A DNA stretch of 64,000 nt, taken from assembly GCF_016433145.1 (NCBI RefSeq), contig NC_058130.1:187702416-187766415 (forward strand), given 5' to 3'. The position numbers were made by a program, and so were the translations under genes. Origin of the DNA: Gracilinanus agilis. Lineage: Eukaryota. Below are positions 27,934 through 42,711 of the stretch, in pieces. The notes below the pieces were generated by a model. The model saw only the letters and a list, made by a program, of their open reading frames with translations. It was not told the DNA's origin and made no database searches. Each line of letters begins with the position of its first letter. Position 1 is the stretch's first letter.

Positions 27934-29414
27934 CTACAAAAAAGATAACAGAGGATTTTACTTCATCTTTTTTAAAATCATGCTTACAAAATAGTCTTTT
28001 TATCATTAGTTTTCAGCGAATAATTGATCATTTCTTTTCAAAATCACTAGCACCCATAAGCAATGGAGTCCAAGTCTACACATGACTAGTATTTTAAAGA
28101 ACATATATCTTTTCCTCACTTCGTTATGATTGGCCATTACAATTCAAAACATAATAATGTGTGTTTATTTTTCTTAATGCTTAAGCAGAATTGGGTTCTT
28201 CAGAAGGATGTTGCTTGTTTTAAAACAATAATCATCTTTAGAACAGTCACCATAAATATATAACTTTCCGAGGATAGGAAAGGTGGGAGATGAGAAATAA
28301 CAAAAAGCACAAAAAGATACATAAAAACTAGGGCATTGAACCTGAAAAGGGCATGATGACCATGGAGGTCTGGTTAAAGATAATATTACTGAGGGCATGA
28401 TTTCATCAAGGGCCTCTACTTTTCTTCTTTCCCTTATTTTTGTCCTGACTCTTCTGAGAGTCATTCACTTTTTAAAAAATAAAATTCCCTTCTCCCTCCC
28501 TCTGCTTCTCACTTATCTGCTCGAGAGGAAAAAATTATCTGTCAGATGATTCTAAGTTAAGGGCTTCTAAAAAACTACCCACCATATTGGTTTCACTGTT
28601 TACATAAGTGCAATCCAATGATCTTACTGACTAAATGCAAAACTTCCCACGTATGAGAGAACCAAAGAGTTCAAGCCAAACAATTTCCCTGAAATGTCTT
28701 GCTGTGGTAATCTACATCTGCTACTAAGAAAGCAACACCCACAAGGTTTTTTTCCTTCTTGTAACAGTGTGTTGCTTTTTCTCAGATATGGACTATATAA
28801 GTCAGGACAGTTAGTGAAAAGGAAAGAAATGGAAATGTTTAGAAATGGCTGTTTTCGCCAAATATTCAAGGGAATCATTTTAATATACACACACATACAG
28901 AACTTAGGCCGGGCCAGTCAAAATGAAATGAAAGGGATTCATACAAAATTGCCAGAAAATGAACTGAAGAGATACATTTGACTCATAAATACTTTATGTG
29001 CAAGTCTTTTAAAGGCAACAAATGGTTCTAAGATAGAAATGTTTCATGTCTTTTTTTTTTCTGGTTAAGTTTAGTAATAAAATGGCACATAAACACATTC
29101 AAGAAGTCAGCTGCTCCTCTCCCCTCAGCCCTTGACGTGTTTAGTATTCCTACCGGTCAAGAATATTTGTGAAGCCTAAGTGGCTTCTTGCTGGGGATGT
29201 TTGCATAAATACATATAGTCAGAATGCAACACATATCATTAAAACTGTTTTCTTGGGAACAATTTACCTGAAATTAGGACATTCCCACAACCTATTTCCA
29301 AAATGGAGGTCATTATTTACAATCTTTCTGAGATAACCATGTGGCAAATGTTTGTTGTGTGTTTTGATATCCTCAACAAGAACCTCTATTTAATTTCGAC
29401 TAAATGTTTTGTTA

Positions 29415-29690
<276 letters not shown>

Positions 29691-30829
29691 CTACATCAAT
29701 GCAAGAAAAGCACAGAATTTGAATCAACTCTGAAAATTACAAATGCTTTAAAACTGTAGCCTGTCCATCATGCCAAAAGGAGGTGTGAAAGGGTAAACAG
29801 ACCAAACTTCCTCTTCTGTAATAGATGTTATCATGTTCCCTAATAACAAAGGAAGGACCTTTGTAAACAATTGTCTACCTAGACCCTAGACCCTAGACCC
29901 CCAGTACTGGACCAGAAGGCCCATTCCTTCCCATTTCTACCTCAACTCTACTTCATTCTCTTACATCATCCCATTCTGAAGGCAAGAAGAATGCTCTTCT
30001 CTGCCTGTTCTCTTCTTCCAAGCTATGTTCCCCGATGGCATACAGAAGACTAGAAGTTCACTAAGCTTATTTAAATCCTTCTAGTGCAAGAGAAATATCT
30101 CAAACTACATAAGTGAAAGATTTGATGCTCTAAATTTCTTATTTCCTCATTACAAATAAATCCAGGAAAGGAAAAAATAGTCAAGTTAGAAATTCCACAT
30201 AGAAAAAATGCTAAACACCCATTTTTACCTCCTCCACAAACCACAAGATCAGCGTTTAAATATTATATACATAGCAACTACCAGTAGTTGTCCCACATGT
30301 CTCCCTCATAAAAAAACAGTTAGGAAATAAAAATAAATGTAAAATAATATTTACATTTCCAAATATTTTCTTGCTCATTTAGTTTAGACAACTAAAAAAG
30401 GAAACAGATGACTTTGATTCTCCTCTTTCTGCAACTAACACTATCTGTGACCTCTGAGAAAGTCACTGAATTAATTTTTTCAAGTTGTAAAATGGAAGTA
30501 ATATATTTTGCTACCTGAAATCACTAAAGAATGTCAAGAAACTTGCATGAAAGACAAACTAGGAAAATATAAGTCACATCATCAAATATTTTTCCTAATA
30601 ACAAAAGAATCTCATTTTTGATTGCCAAATTCTTCTGCAACTACAAGTAGCAGGAAAACAAGAGTAGACTCAATGCCAGCTCAACTGCCTGATTTCCTTA
30701 GGGGATATGTTTCTTTGATTCTGTTTCCTTGTATGACAACCTTGAAAGAAAATCTCAGCTTTCTGAGCAAAGATTTAATAGAGAGCTAGAATAGCCATCA
30801 TGAACATATTCACATTTCTAAGTAAAAAA

Positions 30830-30856
30830 ACACACACACACACACACATACACACA
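30830..30856. repeat. (CA)n microsatellite
   Basis: Read directly. Confidence 0.9.
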
Positions 30857-30954
30857 AAGAATGTGAAAATTAAAAATGAAAATAAAATGTTCATATTTGT
30901 TCCAGGAAAGCTAACTATAGTGACAGTACTTGCAAATCAATTGTTCTATGTTTT

Positions 30955-31164
30955 TTTTTTTTTTTAAAGTTTATTCTTTTTTTTTTTTTAACCCTTGTAC
31001 TTCGGTGTATTGTCTCATAGATGGAAGATTGGTAAGGGTGGGCAATGGGGGTCAAGTGACTTGCCCAGGGTCACACAGCCGGGAAGTGGCTGAGGCCAGG
31101 TTTGAACCTAGGACCTCCTGTCTCTAGGCCTGACTCTCACTCCACTGAGCTACCCAGCTGCCCC
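30955..31164 (-). mobile_element. Young SINE1 (short-tail variant)
   Basis: Full reverse-complement copy; 12-bp TSD gttctatgtttt at 30943-30954 and 31165-31176. Confidence 0.95.
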
Positions 31165-32069
31165 GTTCTATGTTTTAAATAAAAAGTGTTGTAGTGTGGT
31201 TTAGGCAATGGTCTTGAAATAAAAAATACCTGTATACAAGACCTGGTTTTGATGCTTGCTAGTGTATGTTATTAGGTGAATTCATATAACCTTGATCAGT
31301 CTCAGTCTATTGCTCTATGAAATGGGGATAAGAACACCACTTGTACTATCCAGTCCACAGGGTTGTAGGGAAATAATGCTTTGTAGGACATTACATAATG
31401 TAGGTCCATTACATAAACTTAAGCTGTTATTAGCCATAAAAATTAAAATATATTTTTCAAATTTATAGAAGTGTTCTCTTTAAAGGATGACAAAAATAAT
31501 ACTAAGTTAGACTATCCAGAATACATGCAAAGTTGGGTCTAAGGTAGAAACAATTTTCCATAGTTTCAAATGAATAGGCAAGAAAATACATCGATCATTC
31601 TGAGCAACAATTCACCTTTTCCCAGGAAATATCTGAAAATGGAACAGCATAGTAGCTGTAGCCAGGATAATTGTTCATAGGGAGATGACCATATGGAGAG
31701 GAACTTACTTTGCAGGGGAGAGACAAAGGAAATTAGAGGGATAAAGCTGCACTTCTGAAAATAACCCAGGGCAACAAAAACAATTATGTCCTCCACTAGC
31801 CAGTTCAGAACTATTAGAAAAGAAGTGACACTAAGGAATCCATGTGAAATTTTTATGAAGAGAAACCCAGTTACCCATATCAAAGGGACAGGGATAAGAA
31901 TCAAGGTAAGTCTCAGAGTAAATAGTAAACCTAAAAGAAAGCCTATGGCCAAAACATATGCGTTATTGTCATACAACGATCCAACTATACAAGTCAATTT
32001 GATTTTTCAAATTGTTTGAACCTTAATTTGGTGATCTTTAATTGAACATAAAAGAAATGAAAACCATAC

Positions 32070-32180
32070 CTTAGCGAGGATGTGCTTATCCTTTATAATG
32101 TATTCATAAGTAGTTAAAAGGACATTAAATTTTCCACTACGAAGTTGAGGAACAAGCGATCGACGCATGGCTGGAGTGCC
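32070..32180 (-). CDS. SMARCA2: SMARCA2 exon 17 (111 nt): [37 protein letters not shown]
   Basis: Acceptor tttctttccAG|GGC, donor AAG|GTatgg. Overlaps ORF 32007-32300. Confidence 0.98.
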
Positions 32181-32555
32181 CTGGAAAGAAACAAGTATTT
32201 GCCCATTATTTCTCATTATCTTTTGCTTAACAGGGCAAAACTGTGACTGAACAGGCATGTTATCATAAAGTGCTTGGCTCAATGGCACACATCTTGACAC
32301 TCTTCCAGCCCCTGAAGAATGCTTTCCCCAATGAAGACTAAAGAAGGAATGAGAGTAAAGAAAATGACAGTGACCTTGTCATGGAGAACAGGCTGCTGGA
32401 TTGAAAAGCGCCATTTCTATGGAAGTGTGCAGCAGGCAGGCGAGTGTCCTTGGTAATTGCTTGACTTTATAGGAACAGTTGGAACTGCAGGAGCCCGACA
32501 GTGAACCACTCAGCAATACACAGAATGTGCAGTATTTATCATTTGTATTACTCTC

Positions 32556-32751
32556 NNNNNNNNNNNNNNNNNNNNNNNNNNNNNNNNNNNNNNNNNNNNN
32601 NNNNNNNNNNNNNNNNNNNNNNNNNNNNNNNNNNNNNNNNNNNNNNNNNNNNNNNNNNNNNNNNNNNNNNNNNNNNNNNNNNNNNNNNNNNNNNNNNNNN
32701 NNNNNNNNNNNNNNNNNNNNNNNNNNNNNNNNNNNNNNNNNNNNNNNNNNN
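32556..32751. other. Assembly gap (196 N) in intron 16
   Basis: N run. Confidence 1.
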
Positions 32752-32786
32752 ACTTTTCCAGATTTGTATACAAAAGCAGCATTTCA

Positions 32787-32891
<105 letters not shown>

Positions 32892-33167
32892 TCAGTGTTC
32901 AAATATATTTGCTTCTTGATTTGCAGCCATCCCCTTATAAAATTCTTTGGATTATACAATATATTGCACCTACATATTCATTTTTAATAATATGAGCAAA
33001 AAGAGAAATTGAGATAACACTGTCCTATAACATTTCAAATATGTTTGGAAAACATACCCCAAAAGATAAAAGTAAAGGAGACCTACATATAGTTCCTGAA
33101 AAGGGATTTAAATTAATAATAAAATATTGGTAGAGTTAGTTTTTAAAAAAAGCTAATGAAGAATCTG

Positions 33168-33188
33168 GTGTGTGTGTGTGTGTGTATG

Positions 33189-33225
<37 letters not shown>

Positions 33226-33297
33226 CAGAGAGATACACAGAGAGACAAAGAGAGAAACAAAAGAGGGAGAGAGGAAGAGAGAAACAGAGACAGAGAG
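33168..33297. repeat. Compound (TG)n-(AG)n-(AGAGAC)n microsatellite
   Basis: Read directly. Confidence 0.92.
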
Positions 33298-35107
33298 CTC
33301 TTCAAAGTGTTTTTAAAAAAATGAGGAATTTTCTAATATTGTACTAGACTAGAACCTATGTCTGATAGGAAAATACTTTTTTATAAACTCAAAAATATAA
33401 CAAGAATGCTAAGGTCATGAAGCAGCATAGAGTTGTAGGAAGAGGGCTGGATTTGCTCTACCACCTATGTGACCTTGGAGTAGTGACTATATCTCTTTCA
33501 TGGTAGATAAAATCTAAAATAACTTAGGAAACAAGTTTTTTAACCTTTGGGAAAAAAAAGGTCTGAACTTTTGAGCATATTGATTTATTAAGCAGTGCAT
33601 ACCAATTGCATAACAAATCGGAACCAGGCCTCTATGGCTTGGCACTAGACCCTGAATACAGATGGAGACAGATTTTTATGCATTAACAATATCAGTAAGC
33701 ATGTTACAAAACAGGATATATAATTAGTTAATCAGATTTCTAATTGGAGGAAAGATTAGGGACTTTTCAGGTTGGGAAGGGGAGAGTAAACATATAATTC
33801 CCTGAAATCAGAAAAAGAGGTGTCCCACTCCCTTCCCTAGAAGCATCTATATTCAATCAAAGGAACAAAGAAACAGTAGCTAATTGGCCAGTATGGGGCT
33901 GGTTTTCAGATAAGACATATGGGTTGCTTGAGAAGTAAAACTATGAGAAAATTCCTTACATCAATCTTTGGATCTTACAGGTTTCAAGTTAGCAAAACCT
34001 AGGTCCTTAGTAAAGGTTCTCTAAGCATCAGGTAGAAGTGGTCCAGCTCAGGGCTTTAGGTTCAAACAATGCAATAAAGTTTTCTTGAAATTTCCATAAT
34101 TGAACAAAGTTTTCTCACAGGGCAGAAATTGGACTAGACCTATAATTGAATAAAAATGGAACTGAGTCACAAGACAGAGTCAATGTGGTTTACTCAATTC
34201 CCACAATTCTTTCACTCAGGACCTCAGTTTCTAATCTGTAAAATGAGGAGTTTGGATTAGATAATCTTGAAGTTTCCTTCCATCTCTAAATGACCCTATT
34301 AAATTCTTAATATGATAATATTTAGATTTGAGATTGAAAAGTCACTATAAGATTTTTATATGTGGCGGTTTCTTATTCAAACGATGCTGTAAATTGACTT
34401 AAGTAAGAATAAGATTTCTCTTTTTATGTGAATTTACAGCATCGTTTGAATAAGAAACCACCACATAAAAATCTTATAGTGATTTTTCAACAAAGGGAAT
34501 GATAGCATGAATGACATGTGAACAGACACAGACTCTTAAGAGAAGTTACTCCAGGTAAAAGAGGAAAGAGAGTGGATAGATTAGGGCAGCAAGATATAGG
34601 ACAAACTGACAGAAGTGCTTACAATTCAATTCAATATAAATTGTGTAAAATACTAATATTTAGGATGTTACATTTAAAAATATGATCAAATGAGACCAAA
34701 ATCAATTCAATTTGGCAAACATTTACTAAGCATCTACTGTATGCAAGGGGCTTTTAAGGCTATAATTCATTGTTTATATCTTTAAGAAATTGAGGGAATA
34801 TTTAAAAATTATTTCCCTCTAAGTCAATCACTTAAGGAATAGTTACTAAACCATACCATATTTAGTGGATGCAGAATAGATGATACATTAATGGCCAATA
34901 AAAGCAACTGATTCCATCTATATAGCCTGCCTACATCAGCCAATCATTGGATGATTTGGGGAGTAGGGGAGAACATTTAGATTCAGGATATGTATCATCT
35001 GATTGCTCAATGAATTTTACCATTAAGTATAAAACAAGGGCAAGCAACTAATAGGCCAATCCACCAATGCACAGAAAAGATAAATGTAGAATGAATTTCT
35101 TTACTTA

Positions 35108-35293
<186 letters not shown>

Positions 35294-38200
35294 TCAATTA
35301 TCCAAGATCTGCACAGGTAATTAATACTAATATAAGTGAAGTGAAGCTCTGACTTCTTAACTCCTTAGTGCTGTATGTTGGGGTTTCCCACCATAGGAAC
35401 ATGGGAAAGACCAGCACAAAAAACATTTAAAGTACAAGCTTTTAATAATTATTGCTGCTTGGCAGGTGCTGTGTATTAATCAGATTTAGAATTACTTAGT
35501 GTGGCATGCTGATGGGATTTTTAAGCAGCTTTCTTATTAATTTTTCGTTTAACATTCCAGAGTTTATGGAATTCTAAAATCATTCCAAACATAGAGTCCT
35601 GAACCCAAGTGCAACACTTATTTAAAAAGAAAATGAATTAGAAAGGATCTTTGGCACAGATGAGAGAAAACCTGAGAGAACCTGGCCAGTAAACCATCTT
35701 TCTTCTGATGACAATATTCTCTTTGTCAGGAGAGACAAGAATGTCATCCTGAGAGCAGGGTCATAAACTCCTTCTTAGAAATGGAACTATACAATTATGT
35801 ATGGAAAATCTGCAATGTGGGTAACATATGATCAGGTAATTGGGAACTAATTGCACAGACCAACAATGAAATATATGTTTTGCATGCAAATAAACTGGTC
35901 CATACTATATCAATTCTCAACTATTCACATGAAAGGGAGGAAAGAATGGTGTAAAAAATCTAAAAGGGTTTTTTTAAAATATAAACCCTAAAGTTTTTTG
36001 TTTTGTTTTGGTAAAACATCTTTGTGAAATGTACTCTTTTCTGTGAGGGGGAAGTTGAATTACTAAAAAAAAGTTTGTGTATGCAAGTATTAACACTATC
36101 CTCATTTTCCAAGTCTATAACAACTAGAAAATATGCATCACATTTGGGAAAGTGCAGCACATTCCATGGTACCAAATTGATCCATGCTATCTTTTTATTA
36201 ATACCAATATTCACCTAGTGAGAATACGTGGTTAGAAATCATGGAAATACCTGAATATCAAAAGAATTACAATTATAGGTGATCTGAAGGATAGTGAAAA
36301 GTCTTCCATTGAATGTTAACAAGCTGTAGTGTATTAATAACCGTGGTTTGTGTGCAAGAAGTGGCAAAAAGATGTAAGACCAGAAAATAAGGAGGGCCCT
36401 TTGTGGGGAGACAATGAAGAATGACAGGAAAACAGCTCAAATGCTGCACTTCTAGCGATAAAATATTAAAAGAACCAGAGCATGTTCTCCAACACAGTGA
36501 ACAGAGCCTGTATAGAAGATTTATGGAAAGACATAGACCAGAGTTAAACAGAATGATAAGGAATAGATGAGTTGCAGAAGACAATGGTGGAAGGAGTACT
36601 CCATATCAATGAGATCACTGTGGACCTTTCAAGAACTGAAATATATCTAAGTCCAAACCAAATAATTTATTCAACAGATGTTTTAGTGCCTACCGTGAGA
36701 AAAGTTTGCTGCTTTACCCCACAGACAAAGAGGATACAATGAAATGAATACTTAATAACTTGCCTTCAAGGTCTTTGACCACCAGAAACCTACAATTTAA
36801 TAGGGAGACTAAGATATGTACATAATAAATAAAAAAGAATTTATGATGTTCCAGGTACTTTGGTAGGAAGTGGGGATACAAATACATAGAATGATACCAC
36901 ATGGATTAATGAAGTTCAAATGAGAGATTATTCTGGATAGTATGGACAGATAAGGCTTTATGGAAGGTGATCATTGAGCTTGCCTTTGAAGAATGTAGGA
37001 TTTTAGTAGAAGCATTCCTCAATCCAATATCTCTAGCTACCTCTCCACCCCCATTATCTAGCACAATGATCTGCACCCTGTGGGTAGTTACTAAATGTTT
37101 CAATTTAACTTTATTGGAGGGAATAGCATGAAGAAGAAAAACATACAAGTTGTGTTCAGGAAATGACAAATTATGAAGTTTGACTATATCATAGACTCTG
37201 TGTAAGAAAGAAATGGGAAGAGCTGGAAAGATAGTAATGATGGATGTTGCCCAACTACCTCTAGAGTGGTGAAGGAAAGCAATCTGGAATTGTAAAAATT
37301 AGATGTCAATCATCCGCAAGAAGATAATTAAGAGGTGCTTTTGCAGTATTTTCTAAACATTGATCTATAGAATCCTGATACTCTCTGGGATATGATCTGA
37401 GATTATTTCAGTGCTAGCAATATTTCACCTTTAACATATAGCATATGAAATGTGTCAAAATGCTTATCATTCATGATTTTTCAAGATGAAAATTATTCTT
37501 CTCCAACATTTCTCTAGCTTCTGACTTATCCCAGGAACATGCCCTACACTAACATTTACATTTTGTCCATGCATTCCAATCTCAAGTGTCCCATGATCAA
37601 AAGAGCTGAGAAAACACTGTACTACAGTACATTTTGAGTACACAAAAACAACAAAACAGGAATTGTGTTATATTTGCTCATTTCATCAGTCATCACATGT
37701 AAAAGGCAGGTTTTGTGTCCTATACTTGATTCTCAAATCCTTCCACCATTCTGTAAAGTGCAAATCAATCAGTAAAAATTGAAAAGTAATAATTGAACAC
37801 CTCTTTCAATTACCAAGACTGAAGGAAAGTATAAAGGTCCTTTTGAATATCACATAAAATTCAAGCCAAATATTTTTTCATGGTTTAACGTCATTACTTT
37901 GATTTGGCCTAAAGACTTATGGAAATCAAGCTATAGGAGAGAAAAGCTGGCCTTTATCTAGTTCATCATTCAGGAAAGTAACTATTTACTTCTTAAAGCA
38001 AGTTTTCTTCATGGTATACCCTATTAACCTACTTTTCACTCATCTAGAAAAAGTATGAACACACCAAGTTGACACACTCAGTTCTTCCTAGATACCTAAT
38101 TTCTCTTTAGCTTTCTCAGTTTAAAAAAATAACTTGTATTCCCTCTTCCTTGTTATATCTTGCAGGTGGTAGCTAAAGTGTGTTTCTGCCTAAGACATGA

Positions 38201-38981
38201 AGTCATCATTTCAGTTAACTTCTTCTTTAACTAAGTTCCCAGGCTGGAGAATGCAGAATTATGTACTCTAAGGTGTTTAGACTCCTAAGCAAATGGGATT
38301 GTTCAAAATGGCAATGGCTCACCTTTTAGAGAGACTAAATGTCACTTTAAACTCTAATCCAGTAAATGCAAACTAGCACAGGATGGCATTGACTCCGTAG
38401 GTCAAACTTATAAAAATAGTCATCACACATTGGTAAGAAGAATCACTTAACCTTAGACCCTCAGTTCCCTCATCTGTAAAATGAGGAAGTTAAAAACAGT
38501 GACTTGTCTAAAGATTGTTCCAACTTTAAATCTCTTACCTATCATGGAAAAGATATCCCCTGTGTTGATAGGGACACAATGTTGAATTTCATGGTAAAGA
38601 AAATACATATTCAAATTTGTCTATCAATGCTAAGCTAACATTTCATAAAGCCAAATTTGTTGCAAAGCCCTAAAGGCAGAAAATTAGTTTACTCCAGTGA
38701 AAAAAGATAAGATTGAGTCACTGTCATGTGACTGAATGTCTGAAGTCAAGGATTTCTCTTTAGAGAAAAGTGGAACTTATTTGTTATGAGAAAAATTATT
38801 ACATTTTTATATTCCTACAAAGTATACACTGGATCTTCTTAAATAAAAGTAATTTCTCAAAATCTAAATATAGTATAAATAAAAATATTTCCTACTATTA
38901 TACTTTGAGAAAAGAATCATAGGACTATAGTTTTATAATAATATAACAATCTATATAAAACACAGGTTATTTACATATACA

Positions 38982-39482
38982 TGTTAAATGAATTTAATAT
39001 AAATCGTACCCCTCTTTCTTTTAAAAAAGAAAGTTTTGAAAACTCATTTTGGTCAATATTAGTCCCACGCACTGACTGAGTGCACATGTGACTATGGGAG
39101 GACATCAGAGGCCTCATGGTTCCCTGGTGTCTCAGGAGAGGCCGGCTTTTTGTCCCCCATGACTCCTGGTGCCTAGAAGGAAGCCTGGCCTCTGACCCAG
39201 ATTGAGATCAAGTCTTTCCAATCAAGGGGACTCAGGAGGAGTGATATCAATGGCTTTATAAGAGAAGGGCCAGAGGAAAGTGAGAAATTCTTTTTGGGCT
39301 TGTTGGCTCTTGGCACTCTTGTTCTGGAGACTTTCCCAGTGGGGCAGCTCATGTGCGGGCTCTGGTGAGAAAGGAGGTATGGCCAGGTGATTATGCGACT
39401 ACCTCTCTCTTACTCCAACCTTTACTCCCTAATAAATAGTTACAAATTAATATATAATCTCCAGAGAATTCTAACCACAACA
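38982..39482 (+). mobile_element. Probable ERV solo LTR
   Basis: GC-richer ~500-bp block in AT-rich intron 14 with plausible TG...CA ends, CCAAT (39218-39222), TATA-like tttataag (39255-39262) and AATAAA (39431-39436). No clean TSD found. Confidence 0.6.
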
Positions 39483-39859
39483 ACATATAATTTACAAATA
39501 TAGCTATAAATATAAATATCAGCATGTATATATGTATATAAACATAGTTTATAATAATATAATGTAGGAATATATATTTAGAAGGGCCTTAAAGTTACCA
39601 GAACACAAATTTATATATATCTAGGCTTTCCTGATTCTAAGTCTAACTCTTATTAAATCATTACACTCTGACTCTCAGATGAGTTATTTGTGGCCATGCC
39701 TACAGCACCATAGGCCATATTCAATTTTTGACTTCTTTACACATAATTTGTCTTCAAGCAGCAGCAGCATCAAGCTTTTGTGTAAGATATATCCAAGTTA
39801 AAAAAAAAAAAAAGATAAAATACTTTTTTTTTTAGCTCACAAAGAAAATCCAACCCTCA

Positions 39860-40090
<231 letters not shown>

Positions 40091-40173
40091 TTAAGGTTTG
40101 AAGAGTTCTTAAAAACATAACAACATAGTCAACTTTAGAACACCCAGATTTTAGCTAAGTGTATGACTACTCA

Positions 40174-40275
<102 letters not shown>

Positions 40276-42275
40276 CTAAAGAAGAAATTAAGAAACTAGA
40301 AAAGTGATGCTTAGGCAAAGACATCTCCACCACGCTTATTTTCTGAAACTCATTTCTTTAAATACTGAAATAAATACAACAAATGAGACAAACTAAAATA
40401 GATTTCAATTTAAACCAGGTGGTAATTACTAATTCTCCCTCCTCCTTTAAATGATGAGATCACAAGAGTGAAGAGAACTAGTTACAAAGTCCAGTCCCTG
40501 GTTCCCAAGGAAAACATAATCAGCCAAGGGAGCAGTTGTTTATCATTGTTCTATCACTTAAAATTCTTTCAGACTATATTTATCCTCAGTTTCTGCTTTC
40601 TGGTGCTATTTAATAGTCAGTGTTTCTAAGAATTTCAGGCAAGACTGTCAATAACTCTGTGAACCGATCATTATTTCACCTCAGGAGTTTCAGAGCTTCA
40701 TTAAATAATCCCTGTATTCTCTCAGCTAAAGTATTTTATTTTACCTTATTTCATAGATTTCACAGAATGTCAGGGATGGAATAGACCTCAGAGGCATAAT
40801 TTAAATCCAACTCCCTCACTTTACAGGTGAGGTAAATAAGGCCAAATAAGAGGGCATTCACTTGCCCAGAGCCAGGACTTAAACTCAGGTCTCTTGAACT
40901 CCTAGTCAACTGTACCTCGGTTGCTTCTTATCTATATTTCATGCTTAAAATGTGAAGACAGAAATTTAAAACATATTTGCTGTTTAAGTCTTTTGTGAAA
41001 TTCTTAGAATCACCTTTCAAATAGTCACTTATCTATTCACCCTAAGTAGCAAAAAAAATATATATATATATGTATATATATATACATATATAATCAACTC
41101 AATATAAAGTTGAATGGAAGGGGAAACTCCTAGAAATTTCCTTGCCCAATAAATCCTTGATATTTATTCATGAGTCTCCTTTATCCATGCCATCCTCAGT
41201 TTAGAATAAGTTTATTGGGCATTTAAGTAAAGAAGGCCCCCTGAGAGGTTCAAGACCACCACATTCCATGCTGAATTCTACTCTACGGAGTATCTGATAA
41301 GCTTATGTGAGGATTAGGCTTAAACATTGACAAGAAAAGCCATTATCAAGTCAAAAAAAGTCAAACTTCCATCAAATGTTGTTACTACTTGTTTAATTCT
41401 ACTGAAATTAGCCAGAATTATCTTTCTGGATAAGCAATGAGTCTTATTTTCAAGAGAATGATAAAAATGTTCCTTCTTTAGGAAACCAGGTGTGTCCAAA
41501 GAAAGGAAACATTAAGCTCATTTAGAAAGAAGTCTCAAAATGCTACAAGAAGTAAGAGATTTCATACTAAGGCCTTCTCTTAGCCTCCTACATGTGCTCC
41601 TAAGTCCTCTAATCTTTAGCATCATGTGATGCCTTAAGAAATGGTAGAACTCAACTTCCACAAATTGTTCTTAAAGGCCATAGGATTCTGTTACTTATTT
41701 TCCCCCGTCATTTTTTCTCTGCCTTCGGCTGTTCCCCAATTCCTCTGTAGTTACTTTCATCCCGATGGCAGCTTCTTCTCTCTTTATGGTGTCATAGTAC
41801 TTTTTAAAAATGGAGTTTACTTTGGGACTTCTCCCTATTTCCCCCACGCCAGGTTCATTTTGTATATTGCTTTCCCCCCATTCTATTGTTATCTCCATGA
41901 GGACAGAGAATGTCTTTCTTTTTTTCATATTTGTATTCCTAGCATTTAGCACAGTGACTGGCATATAACTGGCACTTAATAAATGTTTATTGACTATAAA
42001 AATACAATTAAAATTTAAAAATGGAATTTGTCTCTCCCAGCATCTTCATCTGATCAAAGATGTCATTAGTAGTGAGACAGAGGTAAGCCATTTGGTATCT
42101 GCTAGTGTACTAGTGGCCAGTAAAGGTTCTTTTGGAGCTATCTCCAAGTTGGATGTAGCCAGTGATTTAGGAGACAGGAGGAGGTAGAAAGTTAGACATA
42201 TGCTAAATTTCAAGGATAAATTTCTTTCCCTACCTTTTATCAAATCAGTACACAGAAAAAAATACAGATACATAC

Positions 42276-42333
42276 CTCCTCCTCATATTCAGAATCACTC
42301 TCCTCACTGTCAGATCTAGGGGCAACTTCATAA
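42276..42333 (-). CDS. SMARCA2: SMARCA2 exon 12 (58 nt): (G)YEVAPRSDSEESDSEYEEE
   Basis: Long pyrimidine tract then ctgtAG|T TAT, donor GAG|GTatgt, phase 2/0. Confidence 0.97.
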
Positions 42334-42579
42334 CTACAGGAGAGGGAAGAAAAAGAGAGAGGAGGGAAGGTTATTTCTTAGATTCATATTTTAATACTTA
42401 TGTAGAACATGTGTTGGTGACAAAATATTGGTTTCAATTTATAGGTGGACATAAGTGAAGTTCAAGTGCTATTTAAAGGTCAACCAAAATCTAAAGAGGT
42501 GAGAAAATATTAATAACATATAACATCATTTGAAAAACAAGGGCTAAAAAGACACACCTTTTCATGCTCTAACAACTCA

Positions 42580-42711
<132 letters not shown>

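Noticed and set aside
35378-35412. tttcccac...tgggaaa as a paired CSL/RBPJ site
   Set aside because: Orientation and spacing are not those of the head-to-head Su(H)-paired site; only a short hairpin.
38323-38406. 84-nt cryptic cassette in intron 14 (donor AAG|GTGAGC)
   Set aside because: Weak AAG acceptor inside a SINE-like remnant and an in-frame stop; no more support than random site pairs.
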